Shown here one piece after another: positions 1-13,595 of a DNA stretch of 64,000 bases. A model generated the notes under the pieces. The model saw nothing but the letters and a program-made list of their open reading frames with translations, ran no database searches and had not been told where the DNA came from. Numbering within the stretch: the stretch's first letter is position 1; each line of letters opens with the position of its first letter. This DNA comes from Podarcis erhardii (lineage: Eukaryota): assembly GCA_964252035.1 (NCBI GenBank), contig OZ176209.1; one strand, written 5' to 3'. The translations under genes were made by a program, and so were the position numbers.

Positions 1-1399
1 ATAATTGCATGGATTACAAATTTTTGAAAAATTGCCACACAGCATGGAAGGAGGGTGTGTGTTTTATTGGAACCACAATGCACAAAGAGGGGACAATTAA
101 CTATTTCCTCCCCAATCACAGAACACCAACATTAAACTGCAATCAGCATTGGAAGCAAGCTCCATTAGTGCCAATGGGAACCTTTTTGTAATACTAATTA
201 TGGTGGAGGGCCATTTTTGTCAGACATGGGTGGGGAAGGATTAAAACTTTGCCGTCCCAATGAAAATGATTAAATTCCATACAAGTATTGTTGGGATATC
301 TGAGAAATGATCCTCTAGGTAATTTCTGTTCCCATTTTCCATTTCAATCCTCTCTGGTTTAGTTTCATTCCTCATTTCATTGTCAGCTCCTTCTAATCTT
401 GTCAATTTTGTATCTATTTTTCCTTTAATACTTCTATTTTTCATTGAATGACTTTTGTTTGCTCTGTAATCATCTGCTTAAGAATGCCCACAGTAAGCAA
501 GGACCCTGAAGATCTTGTTCTTTCTTCCAGTTCTTCCATAAGATCAGGAAAAAATTGCATTACATTAGAACATAGAATAATTTGAAATACTAAAACAGAT
601 TAAATTTCACATAGACGATGGGCCTTGTGGTATGTTCTGGGTAGGAACTAGGACAATGTAGAGATATGAGAGGTGTTCAGCATTTTTTCAGTATACAGTG
701 GTGATTATGTATATGACCATTACCGGACACAGTATTTGCCCAAAGTGAATCTGGTGCATGGAATGCTCTTGTCTGATCTCGATGGTGGGGTCAAAACTTA
801 TTGAAGTGGAATTTCTCAAGGGTCTTCTGACTGTGGGTCTAGATAATGATGTCCTCAATGAAGAGGAGGGTACAGAAGCTTGAAGAAGTGTTGTTCTGAA
901 TCAGCCACAGAGCATATTATTAAACAATGTGAATACTCACAGCAGTGCTTTTGACTGGATGATGTAGGGAAACTGTTCAACATATCAAATTAAGACGGGG
1001 ATTAGAATCCCCTTTACTCAAAATCCATTATGTGAAGAAAGTGAAGGCAGCAGAGGGAATTAACGCAGACATACTGATTCTGCAGGGGGCTTGTGGATAT
1101 GGAAAATACTTCCCAGAAGTATTTGTAAACTTCTGTCTTCCCCTTTAGGAAAATGTGCAAAACATTCTTAAGAAATCATTATCTTGCATTAACATTTTTG
1201 ATTCATGAACTTATAACTTGAAGCTCTTGCAATAGATCATACTATTTCTTTGAGAAATTATTTCCATAAAATGCTATAATGTTTAGTAGGAAGACGAGTC
1301 ACTGTATTTTTTCAATTCCACTTCAATGCCAGGCAATTTTAAATTTACATAAATTAAAATGGATGATACATGTGGATCTCACTGATTTAGATTGTAGAC

Positions 1400-1525
1400 C
1401 AGATGTAGACAACCTCTGGAGTTCCAGATGTTGCTGAAGTTCAACTCCAATCATTCCTGGTCACCAGCTCTTATTGTTGGGAGTTGAAGTTCAGCAACAT
1501 TGGGGGGGGGAGTTTCCAACACCTG
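1400..1525. mobile_element. Degenerate palindromic hAT-type MITE
   Basis: Ends CAGATG...CACCTG; internal inverted repeat GATGTTGCTGAAGTTCAACTCCAA / TTGGGAGTTGAAGTTCAGCAACAT; flanks TTGTAGAC/TTTCAGAC (6/8, decayed 8-bp TSD). Confidence 0.7.
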
Positions 1526-2055
1526 TTTCAGACCATGCCAGCTGAATGTTCAGAGAATCATTAGGACCAAGTAGGCTTTCAGATGATGTTGCTAGTTTTA
1601 GTTCCAGTGTAATTATGGTGTCCCTTCTGTATCAGCTGTATTTTTCTATATTCTTTATTATTACCTTTGGGTCCCAGAAGAGAACGGCAAGTAAAATGTC
1701 GGTCATGATCATGAGTGGAAGGGAGTTTGTATATACTAAAGACTCATGAGGTTGTATGTAATATATTGTACTTCTGTTTACAAACATTCATTGCACCCCC
1801 CACTGCACACACAATGAGACCCCAACAAGTATGAGATAGGCCATTCAGTTTTGGGGAAAAGTTTTGCCCCCTTACTGTACCAATATCCTCAAATGCAGCA
1901 GTTTACTTTCCTCCCTAGAAAAAAAATGGCAGCAATCAATTTATATAGGAGAAAGTAAAAAGGTGGACTAATGGATATTGTTATGGATGTCTAAACTTGC
2001 TCCCTGAGACTGGCAATGCCAGTGGACTCAGCCAATGGGAATCGTGAGCATTCCA

Positions 2056-2202
2056 CATAGAATCATAGAATTGTAGAGTTGGAAAGGACCCTGAGGATCA
2101 TTTCAGTCCAACTCTCTGCAATGCGGGAATATATAGCTGTTCCATATGGGGACCAAACCTGCAACCTTGGCATTGTCATATTCTCTAAGCATCTGAGCTA
2201 TC
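2056..2202 (-). mobile_element. tRNA-headed SINE with CR1-like 3' tail (Squam2-like)
   Basis: The + strand begins CATAGAATCATAGAATTGTAGAGTTGGAAAGGACCC, i.e. the reverse complement of a CR1 (ATTCTATG)n tail. It ends in ACCAAACCTGCAACC...CTGAGCTA, decayed tRNA B and A boxes on the minus strand. Confidence 0.75.
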
Positions 2203-2796
2203 CAGGATGTCTAAGCCTACTTATACTTGCATAGCTGCATTTCTTCATCTGCATACCACTATTATAAGTTAGAATGTTCTTTTGTGTGTAGATTTTTTTT
2301 AAATGGCTAGTCATTCCATCTGCCATCTCAGGATTGGCAATCACATTTGAAGATAACTTCAACAGTGTAGTAGAAAATATTTTTCTATTTAGGGAAAATT
2401 TTTGCTCTGTGTCAGCTTTAAAACAAATATTACAGTTGAAATACATTGTATGTGGTTGCAAATGCAGCAGGTGATTTCACTGTTTCCCCTGCTTTGGTTT
2501 TGAATTCCCCTGCTTTGGTAGTGGAATCGCTGTACCGCTTTTTAATTCAGCCTCTTGTCTCTTTGGCAGTAGAAAGTGTTACAGTGAAAATATCAAATAA
2601 AGCTACTGCATTGTGCATGGTTCTCCTTCATGAACATGTATAGCTTTCTTATGCATGGCATGCTGTGGCCTGGTTGCCAACATGCCATTAAAGCTCTGAA
2701 ATAACTACCAACTTGATATCCCAGAAAATCTGGTTCTTTCTCAAATAACCACTGACAAAACAACTTGAGAGCTTTTCTTTCTCTCTTTTTCTCCAG

Positions 2797-2957
2797 TTCC
2801 AAAACCCAAATGCTTTCTCACCACCTTTCCGCTTTGGGACAGTTCCTAATGGCAGTACAGAGAGGAACATTCGCAACAATTACGAACTGATGCACGCCTA
2901 CATGGTGAAGTTCAACCAAAGATCGGTGGGAGATGCGCTATCCTCATTAAAGACAGG
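2797..2957 (+). CDS. GRIN2B: GRIN2B internal coding exon (161 bp; S2 ligand-binding segment)
   Basis: Polypyrimidine tract and CAG acceptor (AG 2795-2796); donor GG|GTGAG at 2958. Translates [54 protein letters not shown], matching recalled GluN2B S2. Missed by the ORF track because it has no in-frame start. Confidence 0.97.
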
Positions 2958-5063
2958 GTGAGATTGCCTTTTCTAAGGTTGCTAATGTAAACCTGTGTGT
3001 GTAATTCTCTTGGGATTTTGAAGAACCTTCTCCCTAATATTCCTGCTGCTAAAACATTGCATATAATCCATTTACCACAACGTTGTCAAGAACAATTTAT
3101 CTCATCAATTAGTATTATTTTTTGTTCTTTTTGGTTAGATATGTGCAAGTAATATAACAGTGATTCTTCCCCTTCTTGCATCAATGCAGACTTTCTGAAA
3201 AGCAGATTAGCTGGTGGAAATACTGCCTTAAGCTGCAATGCAATAGTTGTGGCCAGACATCACCTAAAATTCTTTATTATTGAAATAACTATGATATTAT
3301 CTTAATCCCTAATGTTAATTGCTATATAAAAATATTAGTTAGTTGGGGATCCTAACTACTTTTATATGAGGGCTGCATCTTTTCCACACACATACTATAC
3401 TTGTGTAAACTCACAGGTAGCCCTATTCCATTGATTCAGCTCGTGTTCTGTATGTGCGTATGAACTGGGAGCAGGACTACACTGACTAACCCTGCTCTTG
3501 ATGACACAGGTGTTTTATGAAGGAGTCTAGATCATCAGTGACAGAATAGCAATTTTCTGAGTAAAAACCAGTTGTGGAGAATCACAGCACCTCTTTGGGG
3601 TCTTCTATGTTCAATAGCTGTCATTTTTGCATACAACGAATATATTTCCATTATGCCTTTGGCATCTGCACATAAAGCACAAATGTCCGCAAGGAAGAGG
3701 CCTTCACATGTCACGCTGTGCCTCAAAGGCTTCCTCCCTGCAGATGTGGATACTAGGGTACAGCTAGTCAGTGCACATTTTATAATGGGAGAGGGTAAGG
3801 GCTCCACTTATGCTTTGCTGCAAGGCATGATTCAGGTTGCCTGAATAGAACTTTTAAATTCTTGGGTGCCAGGGAACTATGACTGAACCATTTTGCAAAG
3901 GCTCCATAAAACTTCTGCACCTATGTAAATGGCTTGCCATGTGACTTAAGTTATTTCTCAACAAATTTCTTTTTGGGGGCAGCTGCTGCTGTCCCAGAAA
4001 CCTTCTGACCCACCTGGCGAGCTATGATTTTTCCATTACATTTGAGGTTATTAATTCCTATCTCTCCTCTTCCTCCTCTACATTGCCCAGAAATCAGATT
4101 ATTCTACTGGTGGAGGGAGGACTGCTTATACACAGTTTGTTCCCTGGAGAATGCAAATTAAAGTTTTTATTTGTCATGCTAGGCTGCTACTCACCTGATA
4201 ACCTGGAACAAGTAAGGATAATTTCCAGGTGAACAGACAGGGGAGCTTTGGGTCTATTTTTCTTGTTTGAGGGGGAGGGGAAGGGAATATCACTATGCCA
4301 TCCTTTCTACTCATATAAAGACAAACTACACATTATGTAAATCCATGTGGAAATATTTGAGCAATGAAGACAAGAAATGCTTCATGGTGCAACAGAACAA
4401 GGCAGCAATTCTATCTTTGAATGCTTCAAAATGTAGCTGGTGCAAACACACCCTTATTGCTGGGACTAGTAATTTATTTTTCCAATTGGGCACTGATTCT
4501 TTTTGTTCTTTCTTTCATTTGAGGTTAGTGGGACACCATAAAGCTAACATTACTGCCCTCATAGGGAGACATAACTTGGTCTCCTAACCACTTGTCATCT
4601 TTAAAGATGCCTATGGGATTCTTCCCATAAGCACGGGTCCTGGCTGAAGCTAATTTGAGTAATTACATTTTGGTTAATGCTATCTTTCCAGCTGCTTGGT
4701 TGGGGAAATGGTCTGCTTTGCTTTCTTAATTCACAACATAGTTACGGTAGAAATGCTGCTGAATTCACAAGCTGAAGAAGAAAGCGTTGTTCAGTCATAA
4801 ATGAAATGCATGGGCTGCATAGGCATCTTTAAATCGAAGTTAACTAAATTGTGGCCCTCCAAATGTTGCTAGACTCCCATCATCTCTGACCATTGGCCAT
4901 ACTGTCTGTTTAGATCCATTGGAAGATGTTGCAGATTTGTGTGGTGATGCCTTCATCTCAATGTTGATTGTGCCCAAGCAATTGTTTAGCCTGGCTTCCT
5001 CTGTGTTTGGTTACCTGAGGTCACATGGGAGTTCTCAACTTCCTTCAGCATCACATGATTTAG

Positions 5064-5312
<249 letters not shown>

Positions 5313-5611
5313 TGATCTGGATGAGGAACTAGGAGTGCGTCTCCATTGAGTGAAGCTATTATCCCCTACTTACCACTAATGCTAAGACAACAACAACAAC
5401 TAGTCAGCAGCAATGCTATCATTTTTTTGTTACTCACCTGTACTATGAATTTCTGGTGTATTGTGGCTATTCTACTTTGTAGCTATTATTTATTTATTAA
5501 AAATAAATTTATATGTGGACCCACCACCCCACTGCCCCAGTATAGTTTTCCGGCTAGGTAAATCCAACATAAGTGGAAATGAAATTTGAGGACTGGAGGG
5601 TTAGGGAGGAT

Positions 5612-5748
5612 CAGTTCTATTTTTCTAGAAAAAGAGGTGCCAGAACTCACCATGAATGCCTCCCTTGTTCTCTTAGAATGGCAATGGCACCCACCAGAGA
5701 GGTGCTGGAACTGAGCTCCAGTGAGGTCCAGCTGAAAAACAAGCCCCG
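5612..5748. mobile_element. hAT-type non-autonomous element in the 542-bp GRIN2B intron
   Basis: Flanked by GGGAGGAT (5604-5611) and GGGAGCAT (5749-5756), a 7/8 TSD. Closely similar to a second copy at 39489-39614 (shared TTTTTCTAGAAAAAGAGGT...CTTGTTCTCTTAGAATGGCAATGG...GAGAGGTGCTGGAACTGAG). Confidence 0.85.
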
Positions 5749-5773
5749 GGGAGCATCTTTCCTTTCTAAATAG

Positions 5774-6199
<426 letters not shown>

Positions 6200-6903
6200 T
6201 AGACCTCAAACTAGCCTTTCTCATTACTTCCCCTTGTGCCTATGGCTGTCATTGATGGCCTCTATGTAAGAGGCATTTGGCCTTGAGAGAGAAAATCTAG
6301 GAAAAGAAAATGGAACTTTGAAAGGTTGGGAGAATCTAAATTCTTGGGACAGTGGCCTCAGCCACTTCTTCAACAAGGTGTGAAAAGGTTTTCTGTAATT
6401 TTTGGTAATTTATCTGAAAGAACAAGAGCATCCTTGCCAGGCAGCAGGTGGAAGCCACCTGTTTCAAGCAGCACTATAAGAGGAGCTTGGATGAAGGCAG
6501 GACCTGGTCTCTGAATGGTACAGCAAGACTTTTTCAAGTGTTGGTTCAGGGGTTGGAGAGAGGCCACTATTTCAGCTTTGCTTCAGAGTAAATGTCTTGG
6601 AGAAGCATAATGAAAGACTCAAAACAAGAAGGGGGGTTTCTTTGGAGCAGAACATTGTGTAGAACTCTGACTTTTAGGTAACTCCCCCCTCCCATGTTTC
6701 TGAGTAGATTTTACTGACGAAAACAAAGGACGCTTAGATCAGAAACTTTCTCTCTAGCAAATAATTTCTGTATGAATTTCCTTGAATTCCAAAATTCTTT
6801 CCCTTTCATTATTTCAAATATTATTATTTATTTAGTAGATTTTTTTTATCTCCCTTCAGCAGTAACAATCTCATGGCAGCATACAATAGCTACACAACAA
6901 ATT

Positions 6904-6940
6904 GTCTGTCTGCCTGCCTGCCTGTCTGTCTGTCTGCCTG

Positions 6941-6981
<41 letters not shown>
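6904..6981. repeat. Compound microsatellite (TCTG/CCTG)n(TC)n
   Basis: Direct reading. Confidence 0.95.
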
Positions 6982-6984
<3 letters not shown>

Positions 6985-7129
6985 ACTCACACTCACAAAC
7001 ACACAATTATATTACTACATTAAAAACATTAAAACAGCAGCTATCATTAGATCAGAGCCTGAAAAATCCAATTATTTCCAAATGCTTGCAGAAAGAGATG
7101 AATTTTCAAAGTAGCAAAAACTAAACAAT

Positions 7130-7260
7130 TAAGGGGCAAGCAGAACTTCCTGAGGGGTGGCATTCCATAGCCAGGGCACCACCAGTAAGAAGGCCCTGCT
7201 ACTAGTTATCACTCCAATTCGTGAGCTGTGGAAAACATACAAGAAAGTTCATTTCTCTGT
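7130..7260 (-). mobile_element. Old L2-like LINE fragment
   Basis: GGCATTCCATAGCCAGGGCACCACCAGTAAGAAGGCCCTG resembles the recalled reverse-strand reptile L2 RT segment; boundaries approximate. Confidence 0.4.
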
Positions 7261-8450
7261 CCAGTTAGAGATTATGAACTGCACAAGGCTGCATTGACAG
7301 ATCCCAGCCAATATTATTACATTGTGTGATGCTGCACTAAGGAATCAGATGCTCCTGCATAAGCTGCCTTTTACTTAATAAATTCATCAGTTTGAGTTCC
7401 TAGGATTAAAGATGATTTGGAGGTGACAATGTAAATGTTCATTGTTAAAATGTGGATTTTTTCATCATTACTTTCTTTGCTTAACAGACTAGGCTCTTAA
7501 TTGTAAAACTCTGATCCACTTTTAGGATGCTTTTAAAATGCGGAATTCTTTGACCAGAAAAGTCAAACTCAGACAAAGTATTAAGACAGCATAATTCTGG
7601 TTGGGAAAATCTATTTTGTACAACTTCCTAATTTATACAATTCTTTATCAGGACTAGGGAAAAAGAGCTGGAACTCATACAGCAATTGTGGGTCAGAGTC
7701 TGTAATCAAGATGAATAACAACGACTAGAGGCTATGCAGAGGGTCAGGAAACTGTGCCAAGTGAACCAATATGTTGTACCTCTAAAAGTCATGTCCTGAC
7801 AGCCTCAAATTTCTGGCTGGTTATATGTTTCCTCAGACCCGTTTCCAAAATCTGTAAGCTAAAGAATATTTGCAAAGGAAGGAGTTGGACTCTTTTAGGT
7901 ATTCTAAGTAAGAAGTATCACCTTGAATCACGCCTAGAAACTAAATGTAAACAAGTGCTGTGGATCAAAGGCTTGTCTAATGGCCTATCTGCAGTAGTTG
8001 GAGATTCAGAATAATCTCATGTGCATGATTACAAACTGTCTGAAGTGCTTACCAGGGCATTGGAAAACAGTGATCAAATCCTGCAGCTAGTGCTTAAGGT
8101 GTAACCCTTAAACAGTACTCCTGACCACAGCACTCTGAGCATCTGATCTGTAAGAAACATCTGCAACCATGTCTAAAAAAACCAAACCACTTCAATAAAG
8201 GTCTGAATAAATGTCTAGATTTATTTCAATTTAATAATGAAAGGGCAAGGGATAGAGGGGTAAAGGTGGAGGAAGATTAAAAGTGGAAGAACCATTATGA
8301 TAGTGTCTAGATTGTCTCATCTCCCAACGATATCCCACTGAGGATCCTATTTAGCAAAGGACAAGGTTCTTTATCTCAGTCCTCCAAGCTCTGCATCTCC
8401 CCTACTGGAATGCTCCTCTGCTAACCTCCCTTTGCTTTCTCCCATTGCAG

Positions 8451-10349
8451 GGTATTTACAGCTGCATCCATGGAGTGGCTATCGAGGACCGCCATTCTTC
8501 CATGAACTCCCCCACTGCCACCATGAACAATACCCATTCCAACATTTTGCGCCTGCTCCGAACAGCAAAGAACATGGCAAACCTTTCAGGTGTCAATGGC
8601 TCACCACAAAGTGCCCTGGATTTTATCCGTCGCGAATCCTCTGTCTACGATATCTCTGAGCACCGCCGTAGCTTCACTCACTCCGACTGCAAGTCTTATA
8701 ACAACCCACCCTGCGAGGAAAACCTCTTCAGTGATTATATTAGTGAGGTGGAAAGGACCTTTGGTAATCTGCAGCTGAAAGAAAGCAATGTTTACCAAGA
8801 CCATTATCATCACCACCATCGCCCCCATAGCATAGGGAGCGCCAGCTCCATCGATGGACTGTATGACTGTGATAATCCACCCTTCTCCGCACAGCCTCGA
8901 TCTCTCAGTAAGAAGCCATTAGATATCGGTTTGCCGCCGGCCAAACATGGCCAGTTAGGTGACCTTTATGGCAAGTTGTCTTTCAAGAGTGACCGATACA
9001 GCGGTGGAGGGGCACACGATGATTTGATCCGTTCAGATGTCTCGGACATATCGACTCATACCGTGACTTATGGCAACATTGAGGGCAATGCTGCAAAGCG
9101 GCGAAAACAGCAGTATAAAGATAGTCTAAAGAAGCGGCCAGCCTCGGCCAAGTCGCGGAGAGAGTTTGATGAGATTGAACTGGCCTATCGCCGGCGTCCC
9201 CGTTCCCCTGACCACAAGCGCTACTTTAGGGACAAGGAAGGGCTACGGGATTTCTATTTGGACCAGTTCCGGGCTAAGGAGAACTCACCGCACTGGGAAC
9301 ATGTGGATCTGACGGATATTTATAAAGAGCGGGGAGATGACTTCAAACGTGACACTATAGGGGGAGCAGGGACATGTACTAACAGGACCCACCACAAACA
9401 CGGGTCGGGGGAGTTTGGAGCAAACAATGAGCACAAGCACAGTGTTGTGAGTGGGGTACCAGCGCCATGGGAGAAAAACCTCACCAATCTCGATTGGGAG
9501 GAACGCCCTGGCGCTAACTATTGCCGCAGTTGCCCATCAAAGCTGCATAACTACACTCCGACCGTGGTGGGGCAGAATTCCACCCGCCAGCCATGCATCC
9601 GGTGTGAAGCCTGCAAGAAGGCCGGAAACCTCTACGACATCAGTGAGGACAACTCCCTCCAAGAGCTGGATCAGCCATCTGCTCCTGTGCCCGTGGCAAC
9701 CAGCACCTCCACTACCAAGTATCCTCAGAGCCCTTCCAACTCTGCCTCCAAGGTGCAGAAGAAGAATCGCAACAAGCTACGCCGGCAGCACTCCTACGAC
9801 ACCTTTGTGGATCTGCAGAAGGAAGACGCCGCCCTGGCCCCCCGCAGCGTCAGCCTGAAGGACAAGGGCCGCTTTTTGGAGGGAAGCCCCTATGCCCACA
9901 TGTTTGAGATGCCAGCCAACGAGTCCACTTTTGCCAACAACAAGTCCTCAGTGCCCGCCACCAGCCACCACCACCACAACAATCCTGGCATTAGTGGTGG
10001 TTATATGCTCAGCAAGTCGCTCTACCCCGACCGGGTCACTCAAAACCCTTTCATCCCCACTTTTGGGGATGACCAGTGCTTGCTCCACGGCAGCAAATCC
10101 TATTTCTTCAGGCAGCCTGTGGTGGCAGGAGGGCCCAAGGCCAGGCCAGACTTCNNNNNNNNNNNNNNNNNNNNNNNNNNNNNNNNNNNNNNNNNNNNNN
10201 NNNNNNNNNNNNNNNNNNNNNNNNNNNNNNNNNNNNNNNNNNNNNNNNNNNNNNNNNNNNNNNNNNNNNNNNNNNNNNNNNNNNNNNNNNNNNNNNNNNN
10301 NNNNNNNNNNGTTTATGAGAAACTTTCCAGTATTGAGTCTGATGTCTGA
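8451..10349 (+). CDS. GRIN2B: GRIN2B last coding exon (intracellular C-terminal domain, 632 codons plus TGA, including 52 codons of N)
   Basis: TTGCAG acceptor ending at 8450; begins GIYSCIHG. Contains the CaMKII site KLRRQHSYD (Ser codon 9792-9794), Cys clusters CRSC and CIRCEAC, GNLYDIS and GSPYAHM tyrosine sites, YEKL (10314-10325) and the PDZ ligand ESDV (10335-10346), then TGA 10347-10349. Confidence 0.99.
   Translation, partial: GIYSCIHGVAIEDRHSSMNSPTATMNNTHSNILRLLRTAKNMANLSGVNGSPQSALDFIRRESSVYDISEHRRSFTHSDCKSYNNPPCEENLFSDYISEVERTFGNLQLKESNVYQDHYHHHHRPHSIGSASSIDGLYDCDNPPFSAQPRSLSKKPLDIGLPPAKHGQLGDLYGKLSFKSDRYSGGGAHDDLIRSDVSDISTHTVTYGNIEGNAAKRRKQQYKDSLKKRPASAKSRREFDEIELAYRRRPRSPDHKRYFRDKEGLRDFYLDQFRAKENSPHWEHVDLTDIYKERGDDFKRDTIGGAGTCTNRTHHKHGSGEFGANNEHKHSVVSGVPAPWEKNLTNLDWEERPGANYCRSCPSKLHNYTPTVVGQNSTRQPCIRCEACKKAGNLYDISEDNSLQELDQPSAPVPVATSTSTTKYPQSPSNSASKVQKKNRNKLRRQHSYDTFVDLQKEDAALAPRSVSLKDKGRFLEGSPYAHMFEMPANESTFANNKSSVPATSHHHHNNPGISGGYMLSKSLYPDRVTQNPFIPTFGDDQCLLHGSKSYFFRQPVVAGGPKARPDFXXXXXXXXXXXXXXXXXXXXXXXXXXXXXXXXXXXXXXXXXXXXXXXXXXXXVYEKLSSIESDV
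10155..10310. other. Run of 156 N inside the GRIN2B last exon (gap or masked sequence)
   Basis: N from 10155 to 10310; starts and ends on codon boundaries and preserves the reading frame. Confidence 0.99.
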
Positions 10350-13300
10350 GTGATGGGGAAAAGCATGGGAGGGGATGGTGCTGGAAATGCAACGTGTGGG
10401 AGGGGCAGGTGGTGGGTTCAGACCTAGTTCCCATTTGCTACTCTTCTGCTACTCTTTTTTTCTTTGTGGAGTATTGGAGTTCTGCTTAGGCAGCGCTGAT
10501 GCGAAGTGCCACCTCTTTCTTTCCCCAGATCCCCCATCCCCGATGATCTCTTTTCATTTCTCCACTCACAGTTCCATTCCTGGCCATCACATGTCAGAGC
10601 TTAGTAGCTTAGCTTGTGTTTTCACAGTTGGGAAAGGCAAAGGCATGGTTGAGGAGAGGCCAGCATACGAGTGGGAGCAATAGCCGCAGAGTTTGGGGTT
10701 TTCTCGGCGCTAAACTGTGATGGTTAGTACAGATACGAGAAGGTGGCCTGAGGCGGAGAATGGAAGAGATAGAATGGGCATGAAGAAGATACAGGTCTTC
10801 TTACATATGTACTTTTAAGCAAAATTGATGGGACGTGAATAGTGTGGGATCAACTTAATGCATTTTATGTTGATTACATGCAAAAAAATCATTCAGTTCT
10901 TTTGTGAAGACTCTGTGGGTTAAAGGCTGAAATATGGAGTTGCATATATACATATACATATATATATATATATACTGAAGATAAAAATGTATTGAAATCT
11001 TGGTATATTTACCAGGGGGAGGGGAGATTTGATATGTATGCAGATCTAGCCAGTGGTCCAGTCAACAGTAACCCAGTGAGGTCACTTCTGAAAGACGAAT
11101 TGGAATGATAAAAGCGAATGCCAGTGAAACTTTCAGCAAAAGTCTTGGGAAAATTCAAATGTTGGGGTCCCAGGGGAGGTTTTGTTGCAGGTTTTGTGCT
11201 ACTCATGAACAACTTGTTAATTTTGAAATGGTGAAATATCAAATATGGGTTGGTTTATGCACAAGCTTAAATGTGAAAATTAATTGACACGAACCATCGT
11301 AACAACATGAGTTTCTTATCGCTACGATATTTAGTAGACAAACCCAGCAGAGCAAACCTTTCCAATGCAAGGGAACATAAAGGGCAGTGAATGAAAAGAA
11401 GAGCAGGGTTGGCAACTCAAGCTCCACTGTTGTTCTGATGAATTTAATCTGGCAGGGAGAAGGCTCAGCCATTGCTCCCCCCTCTAGAATATCATGCAAC
11501 ACGAGCAAGATGAATAATGGAAAGGCTTTCTCTGCTGATGGTGTATTTCCTCTGAGTAGAAAGTGGAAGAAGGCGGTGGTGGGAATAGGGCCAGCACAAG
11601 TTAGACATGTGTATATGTGTATTTATTGAATATATTCTTATATTTGATAATTATAGTGTTGTGGAAATACACGGCTTGTCTTCCACAGAGCATGAGGAGA
11701 TGAATCATCAGATCCTACAGATGCTGTGGTGACGACTGGAGAGCAGAGTTGGAAAGATGTGGGGAATATTGTTGTGAAGGGGACCGGCAGGTTCAAAAGT
11801 GCAAAAGCGATATCACTTAGCATCTTGAGAGTTGTTCTGGCCCTGTCTTCAGTGCATATGGTACTGATAACAGCAGTTTGGCTACCAAGGAGGAATAACT
11901 GTAAATGCAAGTTAAAATGAGACACTTGTTAGAAGCGATATTGTTTCGTTTACAGCAGGAACCCTCAGGTAAGGGCAACAGGTCCATTGTTGCTTCCCAA
12001 AAATGTGGCAAAGCACCTCACTTTTTCATGGGTCTGTTGTTCTGCTTTCCTAACTGGAAAGGACTGTGAAAAGTGCTCTTCGGCTATCTTGGGCACATTG
12101 CAGTAGAACTGAACGCATGGACAGGCACAGGCCCTGAGCTTTGGAAGCAGCCATTCTTTTTCGAGCCACATTTCCTGCAGCTGATTCTCTTCTCGTGTAT
12201 CCTTCCAACCATACCCTACTTGGCTTTATCTTAATACCTTTCTCGCATTTAAGCCAACTGAAGGCCTTGTTTTTTTGGTAGGCAGAGGCCAGGAGGAAGG
12301 GCCTGAACATTTTGTGAAATCGGATTCCCCCACCTCCTCTGGATTTACTAAGCAAGTTATGGAAGGAGGGACGCCCTCTCTATGGTTGGAGGAGTAGAAC
12401 GCCTTTTGGTTCCTCTCTTCTTTCTCCTGTAAAGAAAATAATGCTTGCTTAGCAGTCTGCAGAAATGGAGTGAACCCTCTGACAAGAGCAGTTGAGAAGG
12501 CATTCATTTCATTTGTAAATATGGTTTTCTTTTCTATTACATTTTGTACAAACTAGTGCTTCTCTTCTTGTGAATATTCAGGTTTGGAGAGAAGAGGGAT
12601 TTTAGGTTGTCCTCCCACCCCTGCAACTTTCAGGCAATGTGTCTGGAACTTGTTTGATGTGGGCCCAGGCTGTTAAAAATGGGGGAGAAGGAGAGAAAAC
12701 TGCATGCATTGAATACCTCTATCTACACACCTGCCACCTTTTTTCTTCATGGTTCGAAAATATATTAGATCACCTCTAGCCTTGCTAGCAGGGCTTTCAT
12801 GTTCTAATGGAAGCACACTATATCTCCCTTGCTTGATTCTAAACTCCATACCATAACCCTTCTCTGGAATCTGGGTCCTGGGCATTGTGCTGTTTTCCCT
12901 TGGTGATGAAGCAAACCATCATTTTGAATGTTCAGTTTAGATCATCACCCAACACTACAGGGACTTCTCCAAAGTTAATGTTGGCTTGGAAACCTTGGGA
13001 CTGGGAAATCTCAGTTTACTAGTACTTCTTAAGGTTTATTAAGCAGCTGGGTTTGATCCTACTGATTAAGCCTGCCTTTGGCAGCTATGTCAGTATTCCC
13101 ATCCCTCAGCTGAAACCAAATACAGTTGAGAATGGTACTTCGGAGAAAATTAAACTGAAAAACAAACCAAAAAGATACTAACTGAACTCTCAGAATGATT
13201 CCAGATCTTTGTTTTGGATGACGGTTCACTATGGTTCACATTTTCTTATAACCTTTTTCTCTGACCCTAGCTCAATTTAAACGTTGAATGACATGTTTAC

Positions 13301-13554
13301 ATTTATAGTGTTTAGGTTTGATAATATTAAAGTGCTTTACAAATTTTAATTTGTGTGCACAGAGTGTGAAAATTGTCTGCTTAAGGATAACAGGAAATGT
13401 TGGAGGACTTTCAACAACAATCCATTTGCAGGTGTCTTGTGTATTGCCTTGACACATGAAATGAGCCTCTGGCTTTCTTTCCCCTTCTCTTTCATTTGAA
13501 ACATACATTTTTCTTTCTCTTGAAATTTGACCAAGAGGGAAAGGGTTGGTTGGA

Positions 13555-13556
<2 letters not shown>

Positions 13557-13588
<32 letters not shown>
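13557..13588. repeat. (CA)n microsatellite
   Basis: Direct reading. Confidence 0.95.

Positions 13589-13595
<7 letters not shown>

Noticed and set aside
1-2796. Search for the preceding GRIN2B exon (M2/M3 region)
   Set aside because: No LLWGLVFNNSVP or SYTANLAAF coding sequence found; the exon must lie upstream of the window, so this stretch is intronic.
8445-8450. Upstream start (MQ) given by the ORF track for the 634-aa ORF
   Set aside because: These bases are the intron acceptor TTGCAG; the exon starts at 8451.
8590-10683. Alternative-frame and antisense ORFs overlapping the last GRIN2B exon
   Set aside because: Short, no recognisable domain, expected shadows of a GC-rich coding exon; several are inflated by the N-run.
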